Below, in pieces: positions 37,871 to 51,024 of a stretch of DNA of 64,000 nt. The notes under the pieces are model-generated. The model made no database searches, was not told the DNA's origin, and was given only the letters and a program-made list of their open reading frames with translations. Every line of letters starts with the position of its first letter. Within the stretch, counting starts at the first letter, position 1. A program made the translations under genes and the position numbers. This DNA is from Lytechinus pictus (lineage: Eukaryota): contig NW_026974140.1 in the NCBI RefSeq assembly GCF_037042905.1, forward strand, positions 1,366,001 to 1,430,000, read 5' to 3'.

Positions 37871-39159
37871 ATTTCAACTGAATATCATCAGAAAAATATT
37901 TACAAGGTAGTCAAGTGGCAGCCGACGCAGCGTGTAAAAACAGTATGAATTTCATTGCATGATAATAATAAAATGATAAATAATGTCATGTGTGGTTAGC
38001 GGAAACGAGGATAGGACGTTTTGTAATTCGCTATGCAGTAAAATAATGAGAATGACTGAAACGATATATATTCAAAATATAAATTTCATGAGAGAGAAAC
38101 GATTCAAACAATAACAGAGTATAATATTATGTTGCGTTCAAATTCCCTTTTGATCGTTCTTTTGATTCCCTTTCAACAATCTATTTCTTTCTTCCTTTCT
38201 TCTCTCTCCTCCTTCCCTTTAGGATGGAGGGGGTATCGGATATAAGGAAGCAGTTTAGGTGTTATGGCACATGACAAGTTCAATTCAGTGGCCTAGTACT
38301 AGTAGGTCCATTGGTAAATTGCCAATTCGTCAACTGCCAACTCATCCATTCACCACATGGTCTACTTTCATTTAGTCCATGCAATGCCAATCCGTCCATC
38401 AACATTTCATCGAACAACCATTTGGTCCAGTTAGTCCAGTATCCAATTCATTTTCATTCATTTTGCACAATAACACGTCCAATAACCAAATTGTATATGG
38501 ACTAAATGACTATTGGATCAGATGGTTATTAGACGGAATGCATGCATGTGGATAGTGAACGAACTGATGGTAGACCAAATAATGATAGTAGACGAGTTGG
38601 CATTTGGACGAGTTGGCATCACGACGAAATGGAAGTAAACCGATCCGATCCATGGACTAGCGCCTAGTATCACGCCGGTATAGATAAGGAGGTACAATGT
38701 TGGAAACGATGCCCAACGGACATGCGCGTATCCAGGATCCATGATTGAGCCCGACTATTTTGGCGCCCCTGTGAACTTTTCGGAAAATGGCACCCCGACC
38801 CGCCCAGCACGGCAATCATAGGTGCCTTAAATGCAGTTTGAATTATCGTATTTCATAATCACGTGAAAAATGCATCGAAGACCACTTTTTAATGTGTTCA
38901 TGAAAAAAAAACATCCATGAATATGTTTTAACCACCTTTTGAAAAAAATAAATGCGACCAGAAAGCACAGAATTTTAAGCATTTTGGGGTTTCAATTTAG
39001 TTCAACTTCTCATCAGAGTGGTAGACCATGCTAAAATTATGTGCGGGAGCTGTAATTTCTTAACCGGGGGCGGATCCAGCTTTCGCCAATAGGGGAGGGG
39101 ATATTTTCATCTCTTTTCCGATCGAACATTCTGAGTTTTATTGCAACCGTGAACATGAT

Positions 39160-40500
39160 GGGTATATGTATTATCTAAACAATATTGATGCGAGCGAAAA
39201 GAGCGATATGAAAATTGTTCATATTCTTACCTAGAATTTGGAAAAATCTATGAGCACTTTTGGTAATCAAGAACAGGGTGGGTATCTATCAACATTTTAT
39301 GCGATCGCGAAGTGGAAGCTGACAATTTTTGAATTTCCAACCCAACACTGGACATTATAAGCACTTTTTACATTTGTTTTATAATCATGAACAGGATGGG
39401 TATCTAACAAATGATCTAATGCGAGGCGCGAGCTTAATTTTTTTGATATTCCAACACAAAACTGGACATTCTAATTTGTAATCATGGAAAGGATGGGTAT
39501 CTATTTAAACAATTGTTTGTGCGAGCGCGAGGCGCGAGCCTATAAGTGATTGATATTCTGAACTAAAATTTTGACATTGACTAAGCACTTTTGGTAATCA
39601 TGAACAGGATTGTCATCTAACTAAACAATATTGATGTGAGCGCAAAGAGCGAGATGAGAATTTTTCATATTCTTACCTAAAATTTTGAAAAATCTATGAG
39701 CACTTTTGGTAATCAAGAACAGGGTGGGTATCTGTCAACATTTTATGCGATCGCGAAGTGCGAGCTGACAATTTTTGAATTTCCAACCCAACACTGGACA
39801 TGATAAGCACTTTTTATAACCATGAACAGGATAGGTATCTAGCTAAATAATTAATGCGAGCGCGAAGCGTGCGTTAAATTTTTTTGATATTCTGACCTAA
39901 AATTTGGACATTCTAAGCATTATTGGGTAATCATGAAAAGGATGGGTATCTAACAAATCATTTAATGCGAGCGAGAGGCGCGAGCGTAAAATTTTTGGTA
40001 TTCTGACCCAAAACTGGAAATTCTAAGCATATTTTATAGCCATGGAAAGGATGGGTATCTATTTAAACAATTGTGCGAGCGCGGAGCGCGAGCTTAAAAA
40101 GTTATTGATATTCTGGCCTAAAATTTTGACATCGACTAAGCACTTTCGGTAATCATGAACAGGATTGTCATCTAACTAAACAATATTGATGCGAGCGCAA
40201 AGAGCGAGATGAAAATTTTTCATATTCTTACCTAATATTTGGACATTCGAGTAAGCATTTTCGATTATCATGAACAAGATGAGCACTAACAAAACAGTTT
40301 ATGCGAGCGTGAAGCGCGAGCTGATTTTTTTTTTATATTTCGATCCAAAGTCGGACATTCTAAGCACTTATCAAACCATGAACAGGATCGTCACCTTACT
40401 AAACAATTAATGCGAGAACGTAGAGTAGGATGATTTTTTTTGTATTCTGATCTAAAATTATAGGCACTTTTGGTAATCATGAACAGGATGAGTATTTGAT
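39160..40500. repeat. Diverged ~110-120-bp tandem repeats (gcgagcgcgaagcgcgag family)
   Basis: Recurring tgcgagcgc..gcgcgag, gacattctaagcac and catgaacagga blocks. Confidence 0.75.
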
Positions 40501-40554
40501 GCGAGCAAACATGAATTTGGCGCCCACCCCCCTCTCCCTTGGTTAATTGAACCT

Positions 40555-41270
40555 GAATTTGGCGCACCGGGACAAACATAAAATAGGCGCCCTCGTGTGG
40601 TGAACATCCATTAGGCACCCCCTAGGTTGAACATCAATTCGGCACCCCCCTATGTCAAACATCGATTCGGCAACCCTATGAAAAATATCAATTCGGCGCC
40701 CCAGCCACTAGGTTGAACATCAATTCGGCGCCCCCTCGGTGCCCCTATGTCGAACTTCAATGCGGCCCCCTCTTATGTCGAACATCTATACGGCGCCCTG
40801 AGGTAAAACATTAATTCGCCCCCCCCCCCTCCACCTAGGTTGAACATCAATTTGCCACCCCCTATGTTGAACATCAATTCGGCGCCCCCCTATGTCAAAC
40901 ATCAATTCGGCAACACTATGGAAAATATCGATTCGGCGCCCCAGCCCCTAGTTTGAACATCAATTCGGCGCCCCCTCGGTGCCCCTATGCCGAACTTCAA
41001 TGCAGCCCCTCCTATGTGGAACATCTATACGGCGCCCCGAGGTAAAACATTAATTCGCCCCCCCCCCCCCACCTAGGCTGAACATCAATTGGCACCCCCA
41101 AGGTCGAACATCAATTCGGCGCCTCCCTAATTCGGACATCAAGTCGATGCCCCCAATGTCAAACATCAATTCGGCTCCCCTATCTATGTTGGACTTAAAT
41201 TCGGCGCCCCTATAGGTCGATTATCAATTGGGCGCCCCCCTCCCTAGGGCGAACATCAATTCGGCGCTCC
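40555..41270. repeat. ~30-bp minisatellite (gaacatcaattcggcgccccc) with a 240-bp higher-order duplication
   Basis: The order of unit variants in 40624-40863 is repeated in 40864-41100. Confidence 0.85.
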
Positions 41271-44200
41271 CCTTTCCCTCTTTTGTTTTCCTCCTCTCTT
41301 TCTTTCCCCCTTTTATCTTTCTATTGTTCTTTCCCTCATTTTTTCCTCCCCTTTTCTCCCTATTTTTGGCGCCCCTTTTTCGCCTACCCGGGGGGGGGGG
41401 GCGTGCCCCGAGGGCCCTCGAATACGCGCATGGTGGAGCTACGGATATAGAGAAATAAGGACAAAGATGTAGTGAAAATATAAGAACTCTTGAAATATTC
41501 ACATTTTCTAGGCAAACAAGAATCCAAAGCGTATAAATAATGCCCGGCTGAATAGACCTCCATTTGCATCCTGTTTGATATGCTCGCGTTTAAATAAAAT
41601 TTCCTGCAAGTTCCATTGCAGGCTAAATAAAGGGCAAAAGTATAAGTTTTTTCTTTGAGAGGGGGGAATGACGATAAATAAAAATACCAGCAAGTGCGAT
41701 GGATGATAATCAGGGGCGGCGGAACGTATTTTCATTTGGGGGGCAAAAGAGGGCATTAATATGTATTTTTTATGCAATTGAAATTTTCACCATGAGATTA
41801 TCATCTGCGTTAAGTAGTTGTGCGTTTTATACTAATTAAGTTGAGCAAAGCCTTTTTGAAGTCTTTTCTGATTGATTAAATATGTAATCAGGCTTTATTT
41901 TTCCGGGAGCGAGCGTAGCAAGCAAGCGGTTTGGAAACACTTTTAAATCTGAAGTTGTGAAACTCGCTTTTTGTCAATTATTACCGCGCAAATTATTGTT
42001 AAAAGAGCATCCTTGCGAGATGTTGTGAGCTCAAATCGCGGGCTCAAAATTTTGGACATTGCATGTACTAATAAGACCTGAAAATCAAGCATTCCGAGCT
42101 ATTGTTTTTGTTGTCATGAAAAAGATGTGTATCTAACTGAATAATGGACGCGAGTGCGATATTCCAACCTGAAAACTGGACAATCTAAGCACTTTTTGAA
42201 ACCAATAAATAATAATTGATGCGAGCGCGAGCCGAACATTTGTGATATTTCAACCTGATGGACATTCTAAGTTTTGAAACCAAGAATAAACAATAATTGA
42301 TGCAAGCGGAAAGCGCGAGCTGAAAATTTGTGATATTCAAACTTGAAAATTGAACATTGTAAGCAGAAGTTGTAACCAAAACACTTGCACCCCTCTCCCA
42401 AAAAAAATCCCAGTAGGGAAAAAATGGAAAGTGCCCTTCTTTCAAAATGATGTGAGTGCGAAGCGCGATCCAAAATTTTTGTGATTTTCTAACCTAAAAT
42501 GTATTGTTTGACTTCAAGAAAAGGTATTTTATTTTGAAAAGGGGCACACATCATTTTGAAAGAAGGGCACTTTCCATTTTGAAAAAAAAGATTTTTTTCC
42601 TACTGAGATTTTTTTTTTTTTTTTTTTTTTTGGGGGGGTGCAAGTGCTCTCTGCCCCCCCCCTCCCCCCACCCCCGGTGCTAATATGGCCTCGGGTTATA
42701 ATTTTTAATGTAAGTTGAAACTGGTATTAACAAAACATGTTGGTTTGACTGCATCAAATTTTGATAACGATGGTTTTCTTTAAAATATATATTTTTTACC
42801 ATTTCGATCCATGACATGTTTGCATTTATTTTGTTATTGTCCGTTGACATGCCCAGCGCTTAGAAGTCGTGCCAAAACGTGATTTTGCATAGAGCACATT
42901 CGCTGAACCATCATCGGAACTTCGGAACAACAAAGAAATGGAAGACCCCTTCCCCAAATAATTCCGCCTAGCTGTATGTCCTCGATATATCTCTCCATGA
43001 TATGTACGCAATTTTATTCGCCAAGCCCAGAGGACCAAGGAGGAGTGGGGTGAAGGGGGAGGCACCCAGGAGACGTCATCATCAATTTCACTGAGAAAAC
43101 CGTACTAAAGTTTTGGTCACAAAGTTGGACAAAGTCAAACGTGATACTTGTTTAGTATATACTACCATAACAAGTTGAAAAGAAAAATACAAAGAGAAAC
43201 TTTCGGGGGGGGGGGGGGGTTAATCGATGTTACATAAACATCAATTGCTTATAATATACAGGCCTGATGTACCGGTATCATAGGCGGATCCAGGAGGCCA
43301 ACGGGGCGCCCCCACCCTATTGGCGGTGCATAATAGGGGGAAAGAAAGGGAAACAAGTAATATAATGGAAAGCAGAGGGTGGGGGGAGAAGAAAAAATAT
43401 AAGGAGGAAGAATGAATAAAATAAGGTAAGGGTAATTCAGACTTGGGGGGGGGGCATGTCACTGCATAAAACAATTTAGCCCGCGCTTCGTGTTCGCATT
43501 GCCTCAGGTTCGATGGAATATCTATTTATCAATACCAATTAATTTATTTATTCATTCAGTCATATTTAAAAAGGTTCACAAGATCAGAGTTGTAATTACT
43601 GTTTTTTTCATCTTGGTCCTTGTATAATAAAACATAGTAAAATAGCGATTACAATAAAAAGGTATTATTCATATCAAATTAAAGAAATATCAGCTAATCG
43701 ATATAAACAAAAACAGTCCTTAGTAAAACAAACAAGGGAACTACCATTTACTAATTCAAATGCTTGAGCGCAGTTAGCCCAGCTAAAGCCGGGGTATTAG
43801 CATGGCCCGCTGGGAGAACAGTTTACGGAACTGAAGTCGCTACCCGGTGCACCATAGGCCCTACGTACCGTTATGATTATTTTGTTTTATTATGATTAAT
43901 CTTCAGAGGCAGATCTAGGATTTTTCAAAGGGGGGGGGGGCACATTTTCCCGAGGAAAATTTGACAAGCAAAAAAAAAATGATTATATCGATATATTTTT
44001 ACATAAGAAATATTGATTGTGCCTCTGAAGGGGGGGGGGGGGGCACAGCCGGCCCGTGCTGCATGGATCCGTCAATTTTCAGGACACAATACACGATTTC
44101 CGAAAATTTTACCTCGCGCTCGCATGTTTTATAGGGCTTATGAGTAACTGTTACGACTATATAGATACAAAAAAATAGCTTTGAGCTGCGGATCGATCGG

Positions 44201-45648
44201 GGAAAATATTTTTCAACCCCCTCCCTCTTTATTAGTGAAAGCTGGATCCGCCCCTGGATATTGTAAAAAAAACACTAGGCCACGCAGTATTTGTCCAATT
44301 TAATTGATAAATACGTTGAGGCAGTATATTGACGAATTCAGTGGTGGAGAGCTATAGGACACACAAAGCAAATAACGAAATTGGCGGCCAAGCTAGTTCA
44401 ATACAAAATGATTTCTAATTTTTCCTTTAAAAAAAATGTAGCATAGGCCTATTATTTAAACAATTAAGAAATTACAACGTATATTACTACACGTGATAAT
44501 AATGAACACATCAAAATACAGAACCTGAAGAAAATGATAACAATTCAGTGAATCGGAAACAAAACAAAAATACATATAAAGAACTAGAAAAAATATAATA
44601 AATAAGAATATAGCCCTTTCTCTCCCTTGGCTTTCACAAGCACCTTTCTCCCTCCCTCCCTCCCTCCGTACCCTGGAGAAATAGAGAAACAATACAGATC
44701 AACGAAGCAAATGAAAAAGCCGTCAGACTTTGTTTTCAATGTACACGCTTTCTACGAAATGCAATAGAAACCGGGAAAGAAACCCGTGATTCACGGTGTA
44801 CAGACTCCGTACCCGCCCATGCGTCCGTACCATCGGCACTTGATTGAGACTCGCGCAGAGGCGAGAGCTAGAGATATGAATATTCATGAGCAGGTATTGA
44901 TGTCATTTGGTCTCAAGGTGGCGCTCTTCATTTTTTATGTTAGTTTTAAAAATAAATAAAAAAAAGCTCACTCGGCAAATCTTCTCATCTTTATATATTT
45001 TTTTGAGAATAAAAACAGTTCTTTCTGGCCAATGCAATACATTGTATGGACTCAGAACTTGTTTATGAATATCGTGGAAAGCAAAGAGTGGAATTTAAAA
45101 GAAAGTTTTGAAATAAACCAATGACACAATTTACCTTTAATATAAACGAAGCTTAATAAGTAGATCCCTTCTTAAGTTTTATTCAAATGATTATCAGGTT
45201 TCCGAATTCCATCAAGTTTTTATAGATTGAGATATTTCTTGATTTATGTTGAAAATTGTTAACCTTTTTTCTTAATTAGTCGAAGTTGAGCCCCATGATG
45301 ATTTTTGCCCCAGGCTGCGGTTATGAATTAAATGATGATTAGCTCAGACAGTCTACTCTAGAGACTATAAACAGTTTAAAGTCAAAGTAAAAAGTCTGGT
45401 ACTAACGTACTCAGTAGTATTTATATTTTATAAACCATTTTGTTCAAATAAAAAAATTGTGGCTGTCACAGACAGTACTTAGTTAGTCTCTTAATTGACT
45501 TACATGTAACATAATTCATACTTTGAATAATTTAGACTATTTCTCTCTTTTTTGTCTCTTCTACACACAGATCTGCATACTTGCTGACTCTGGTCTCTGC
45601 TTGCTACTTCATTCTGGGAGATTCCATCATGTAATATAATGGTCAGAC

Positions 45649-47488
45649 TAATGTTGTAAATCGGATAAAAAATCAGATCGAAAATCGGATCGGCAGTAAA
45701 GCTTCTAAAATCGAAATCGAATCGAAAATCGAATCGGCGATGTTTAAAAACAAAGGAATACATCAAAATGTTGTTCGCGGTCGCGCGCATCTTCCTGACA
45801 AAGTCACAAAGACGAATGCATTGGAATGGAAGTCGCCAACATGCGCGATCGTTTGGAACATGTTTTAAAGCCAGGGGTTTTGAGGTGTTATTGCTTTAAA
45901 ATAAACCGAGTGATTTTTATTAGAAAGATAAACGAAAGACGCATCTTCCGAGCAAAGGCGCAAAGGAAAATAAAATGAAAATATTTCTCATAGATCACAG
46001 GTTAATGAACGATCGGCGGGACATCTTTTAGAAGTATTTTTAGGTGCTAGCGATTTAGAATTATTGGAATGATCTCTTACGATGCATCATCTTAAAGTCG
46101 CAAGTGCAATTAAAATGAAGTAGAAGACGCAAGCACGCACGATGATTTGAAATATGTTATTAAAATGTTTTGGGTAGCTAGCGTTTTCAAATCAATTTGA
46201 AGTTCACGGCGGGGTCCGCTATCACCACGAGGTTGAAGAGAAGATGTCTATCATCATAAAGGGGGTAAGAGAGTAGCGCAGTGAGCTCCGTCGGTAATAC
46301 GACCTTTCAAAGTTCACGGCGGCATCCGCTATCACCACGAGGTTGAAAATAAAATGTATATCATCATAAACGATGTAAGAGAGTAACGCAATAAGCTCCG
46401 TCAATAGTACAGTCTTTAAAAGTTCACGGCGGGGTCCGCTATCACCACGAGGTTGAAAATAAAATGTAAATCATCATAAACGATGTAAGAGAGTAACGCA
46501 ATGAGCTCCGTCAATAGTACGACCTTTCAAAGTTCACGGCGGCATCCGCTATCACCACGAGGTTGAAAATAAAATGCATATCATCATAAACGATGTAAGA
46601 GAGTAACGCAATAAGCTCCGTCAATAGTACAGTCTTTAAAAGTTTATGGCGGGGTCCGATATCACCACGAGGTTGAAGAGAAGATTTATATCATTATAAA
46701 GGGGGTAAGAGAGTAGCGCATTGAGCTCCGTCGGTAATACGACCTTTCAAAGTTCACGGCGGCATCCGCTATCACCACGAGGTTGAAAATAAAATGTATA
46801 TCATCATAAACGATGTAAGAGAGTAACGCAATAAGCTCCGTCAGTAGCACGATCTTTAAAAGTTCACGGCGGGGTCCGCTATCACCACGAGGTTGAAAAT
46901 AAAATGTAAATCATCATAAACGATGTAAGAGAGTAACGCAATGAGCTCCGTCAATAGTACGACCTTTCAAAGTTCACGGCGGCATCCGCTATCACCACGA
47001 GGTTGAAAATAAAATGCATATCATCATAAACGATGTAAGAGAGTAACGCAATAAGCTCCGTCAATAGTACAGTCTTTAAAAGTTTATGGCGGGGTCCGCT
47101 ATCACCACGAGGTTGAAGAGAAGATTTATATCATTATAAACGATGTAAGAGAGTAACGCAGTGAGCTCCGTCGGTAATACGACCTTTCAAAGTTCACGGC
47201 GGCATCCGCTATCACCATGAGTTGGAGGAGAAGATATCTATCCTCTTAAACATCGCCATAGATAATACCGCGTCTTTCTCCCTGAATAATGCGACCTCTA
47301 AATAGCTAGCACCTCAAAAACAATCTTGAAATATGTTCTGAGCGATCACGCACTGTAACCAGATCTACGCCGATTTTTTTTTTCGATTTTTTCCTTCAAG
47401 GGGCATGATCGAAAATCGGCAAGTGATTGCCGATTGTGGTGAAATCGAATGGAATCGGTTGCCGATTGCAAAATCGGTTACAAGCTTA
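45649..47488. mobile_element. hAT-like non-autonomous element carrying a satellite array
   Basis: 8-bp TSD ggtcagac (single in element A copy 1), imperfect TIRs taatgttgtaa / ttacaagctta, and aatcg subterminal repeats. Confidence 0.87.
46201..47250. repeat. 110-bp satellite, ~9.5 units, with dimeric and 440-bp higher-order periodicity
   Basis: Unit starts fall every 110 bp from 46201 to 47191. ggggtcc and ggcatcc variants alternate, and the gaagagaagat variant recurs in units 1, 5 and 9. Confidence 0.95.
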
Positions 47489-49761
47489 GGTCAGACCATG
47501 ATTTGGACAAAGCCCTTTTTTCGTTTGCAAATTTTTGACTGATAATGATACAACAGAAAATTGATCTTTATCGATATTGGAAACAAAAAAATTAGAGCAC
47601 AGTTTTGGGGAGGACTAAGAATACTGACTTGGACAGGAATACAGCTTGACATAAATAAAAATTCACAATTCAAAACGAAAGAACATTTTTAATGCATTGC
47701 AAGAAACTTTCTACTCAATCACACATTCCAAAATTAAGGGTATGTCCTTTCATTAAACACAAACATGTAGTTGATTTGCAATTGAACATAAGTTTCTTGC
47801 AATGCCCCATAATTATATTTTGTTCTCAAGCAACTGTGTTATATGTTATCTAATGTGCTGAAGGTTAAGTGCCATATATGTTCACAATTTTTTATTCGAA
47901 AGGTATGATATATTTGTCCTTTTAAACGGTATTTGAATGTGGTTACGCCTTGTTTTTGTTTTCCACAGTAATTATTGCATATATGAACAGAAGTGAAATA
48001 TTTGTTGTGAAGCACTGTATGAATGTTGTGTGATCATGGAGCTATGGTGTGATGGTATTATAATTAATTAATAATTTTTGTTATAAGACTGTAAACCTGT
48101 TGGATGTGAGGGAGTGGCCTGGATGAAAGGAAAGTGAGCATGTGTCGAATTACTGATTTGCATATGTTTAGACAATTAGAAGTCCACCCCACCAAAAAAT
48201 TAATTTGAATTTAAAGAAAAATAAAGTATTGCAGAGAATTTCATAAAAACTATGATTCAAAATTCAAAAAATTACTATTTTGACATTGAGAAATTTGCCT
48301 AATTTTATAAAACAATTATATGCTCATCTTGGTCAATGTGCAAATTACAGAACCGATTATGTCACACGCACTCTAATTTCTTGTGTATTTTTTTGTTTGA
48401 TACATGTACATGACATGTATATTTTATTTTAATTTTCATTAACAAATTTTGAGAGGGATTTTAATTCCTCCATTAACATTCGTAGTTTCCATAAACGTAA
48501 CCTATTGTGATTCGAGAAAGATTTTTTACATCAAATTTGCTAAAATTTATATAATAAAAATGCAACAAAAATTTAAAAAGTAATTTGATGTGACATAATC
48601 AACTCTATTTGCATACCATTGTTTTGTGTATATAACTGTTTTGTGTTAAAACAGGGAAATTTCTGTATTTATTCAAATACTTATGAGTTGATGTGCACTT
48701 GACCTTTAACTCACTTCCCTTCCCACCCCTGCCCAAATACTAAATAGGTGTAATCAAGAACTTGAAAATCAAAAGCAGTGATTAAGAAGAAGTAGAAGAA
48801 AGTAAAAAGAGAATAAAGCTGGGTAGGAACGATGAAGGAATATGATTTAAAGAAAAAGCATAAACATATCCCCATCAACCCCCCCCCCCCCAAAAAAAAA
48901 AAAAAAAAAAAAAAACACAATCCGGCGGGTTCGAACCAGGGTCCTTGCACACGTCAAAACATAGCGCACACGTCAAAACATAGAGCTCACGCAATTCGCC
49001 ATCGATCTCTTCCGTACTATTTCCAGGATTTTTAAGCTATATATAATGTTGTAAGTCTGTGCGCCGCTGTTGACCAATCAGAACGCGTCGGCAATTCTAC
49101 TACAATTCCAATCATTTCGCGATGGACATTGCCGTGGTTTTTTGTGGTTCCTGACTTTGCTACATCATGAAATTTCATAATTCTTTTTCAGTCGTAAAGA
49201 AGAATGTCTACGCTTTATATTGAATATAATATCAATTTGACGCAAGTGTGATTTCGATGCAAAAATGCGCTGTTTATTCACATATATTTCTTGAAAAAAA
49301 ATCATTTTTTCTAAGCTAAATATCGGTCTTCAAAATACATTAAATGTGCATTTTATTTAGCTGATCAGAAATTTCAAAGTTTTATCTATAAAATAAGACC
49401 AATTATGTGAGGAATAAACGATTCTAAGAGCAAAAAACACCGATCGGAAAGTTCGTCTTCACAGCTCATTACGTATGCATAACCACGGACGGCTATGCAT
49501 ACCGGTACCGCTGAATAAAATAGAGCACTTTCGGACGGGCTGCGGACTGACTGAAAATCCACTACAAAAACACGTTGTCGTTGGTTGTGAATTGTGCGAG
49601 GTTCGGTCCTCGCATACAATAGCGTGAGTGGAATTGACCATGATTTGTTGTCGCCAGACTATGCCTGGCATAGTAGATATGAATGGGAGAGCCTATGACT
49701 GAGTATAAATGAAAAATTTCGTGTAAAAATAAATTGAAGTCTGATTTAATTGACAACTTAC

Positions 49762-49826
49762 AACTCATTTCTGCCACATTTCTCCCAACTTTTACAGACT
49801 TCGTCGTTGATGAGGTAACGCGCCAT
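49762..49826 (-). CDS. THOC2: THOC2 coding exon 1 (MARYLINDEVCKSWEKCGRNE-F)
   Basis: aacATGG start and gtaagt donor. KSWEKCGRNEF matches the THOC2 N-terminal KxWEKxGRxEF motif, and it splices in frame to exon 2. Confidence 0.9.
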
Positions 49827-51024
49827 GTTAAATGTTAAATGTATGGATATCGGATACAAAGCTAAAGCTAGCTAGCTAAGTGTGTATGCGGCTCGTTGAA
49901 ACTGTCGACCAATAATAGCGACTAGAACAAATATGGAGTATTGCGTCTCCGAAATGATGCAAACAAAAGGGATGCCAGGGAAATTGTATTTCTCCGTGAG
50001 GATTAGGATGTAGGATTGTAGGAAAGGATGTGATATAAATTGGGGATAGACGTGAAATAAAGCATGACTTCCTTGACATTATTTAACTCCTCGAATTCTA
50101 AAAGTTAATTTTAATTATTATGGATGTATAACTATGAGGAGGCTATGAAGACCATGGGCGGAAATCTGTCCCGAAAGGTAGAGGGGAAAACAGAGGCTGA
50201 TCCAGCCTTCGCCAATAGGGGGGGGGGGCGAAAAATGTTTTCAGCCAAATGTTAATCCCCGATCGGCCGCTTGAAGGTAATTTTTGTCTGTTTCATTGAA
50301 GGAGTAGTCCTCGATGGTCACTTTTTAGCTTTATTCTTATAAATCAACATAGATATATAATATCATTGTCCTTATTTTTATAATGCGAGCGCGAAGCGCG
50401 AGCATAATTTTTTTGGGCAAATTTATGTATTTTTTCCTAAAACTTGAACATTCTGGGCAATGTTTGTTATCCTGAAAAAGATGTATATGCAAGTAAATAT
50501 TTACTACGAACGCAAAGTGCGAGCAGAGGTTAACTGGTGGAAAAGGTACATGAAAGACTGCTTGCAGTTCATATCGAAAACTTGCATAGTGTACCGGACA
50601 TGTGAAAACATAGCAGACGACGTTTGCAGACCTCGCGATCATCGTATGACTAGTGGTGCAGAATGTTCCATTGCGGCTTTATGGGGGAAATATATAGCAT
50701 TACAGAGGGATAAAATGTATACACAAATAATGTTTCAGCGTAATTTGTTGTGTCAATTTCATAAATTATTGTTGTTTGAAGATTTAAAACGTCATTATAA
50801 AGTGACAGGAATAAACAAAACTTATTTTTTAGACTTACCTATGCAGTGGTAAGCTAGGATATATTTATATCCATAGTTTGGACTGACAAGGTATATATAT
50901 TTATATATTCCTAATAAAATGTTCAGCACTGCAATGGAAAGAGCTAGAAAACCGCTGTGACTCGAACAACACACCGACGTACAAAAAATCTCTGTCCAGC
51001 CCTATATGTTGAATGCACGTCGAG

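Larger units (their letters stand above)
32739..45136. mobile_element. 12.4-kb Kolobok-like composite element
   Basis: TTAA TSD (32735-38 and 45137-40) at a site that is a single TTAA in element A copy 1. Imperfect TIRs aggta...attggtt. Confidence 0.78.
31080..49553. mobile_element. Element A copy 2 (inverted relative to copy 1), split by three nested insertions
   Basis: TIRs cagtcagaccgcagc (31080) and gctgcggactgactg (49553) with TSD aaaa. Segments 31080-31543, 32532-32738, 45137-45648 and 47489-49553 rejoin to give the reverse complement of 13144-16502. Confidence 0.9.

Noticed and set aside
40555..41270. ~30-bp repeats with variable linkers as CRISPR-like
   Set aside because: Linkers are short, related and duplicated as a block, so this is a minisatellite.
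39064..44257. gggcggatccagctttc inverted pair as a single 5.2-kb element
   Set aside because: No TSD, and the motif occurs in several independent MITE ends, so the pairing is unproven.
46201..47250. Regular repeat array as a possible CRISPR
   Set aside because: Whole 110-bp units repeat with no unique spacers, the context is eukaryotic, and no cas genes are present.
49386..49777. ORFs next to THOC2 exon 1 as a nearby exon 2
   Set aside because: Splicing to the local AG sites gives an early stop, whereas the exon at 16646-16713 fits in both phase and homology.
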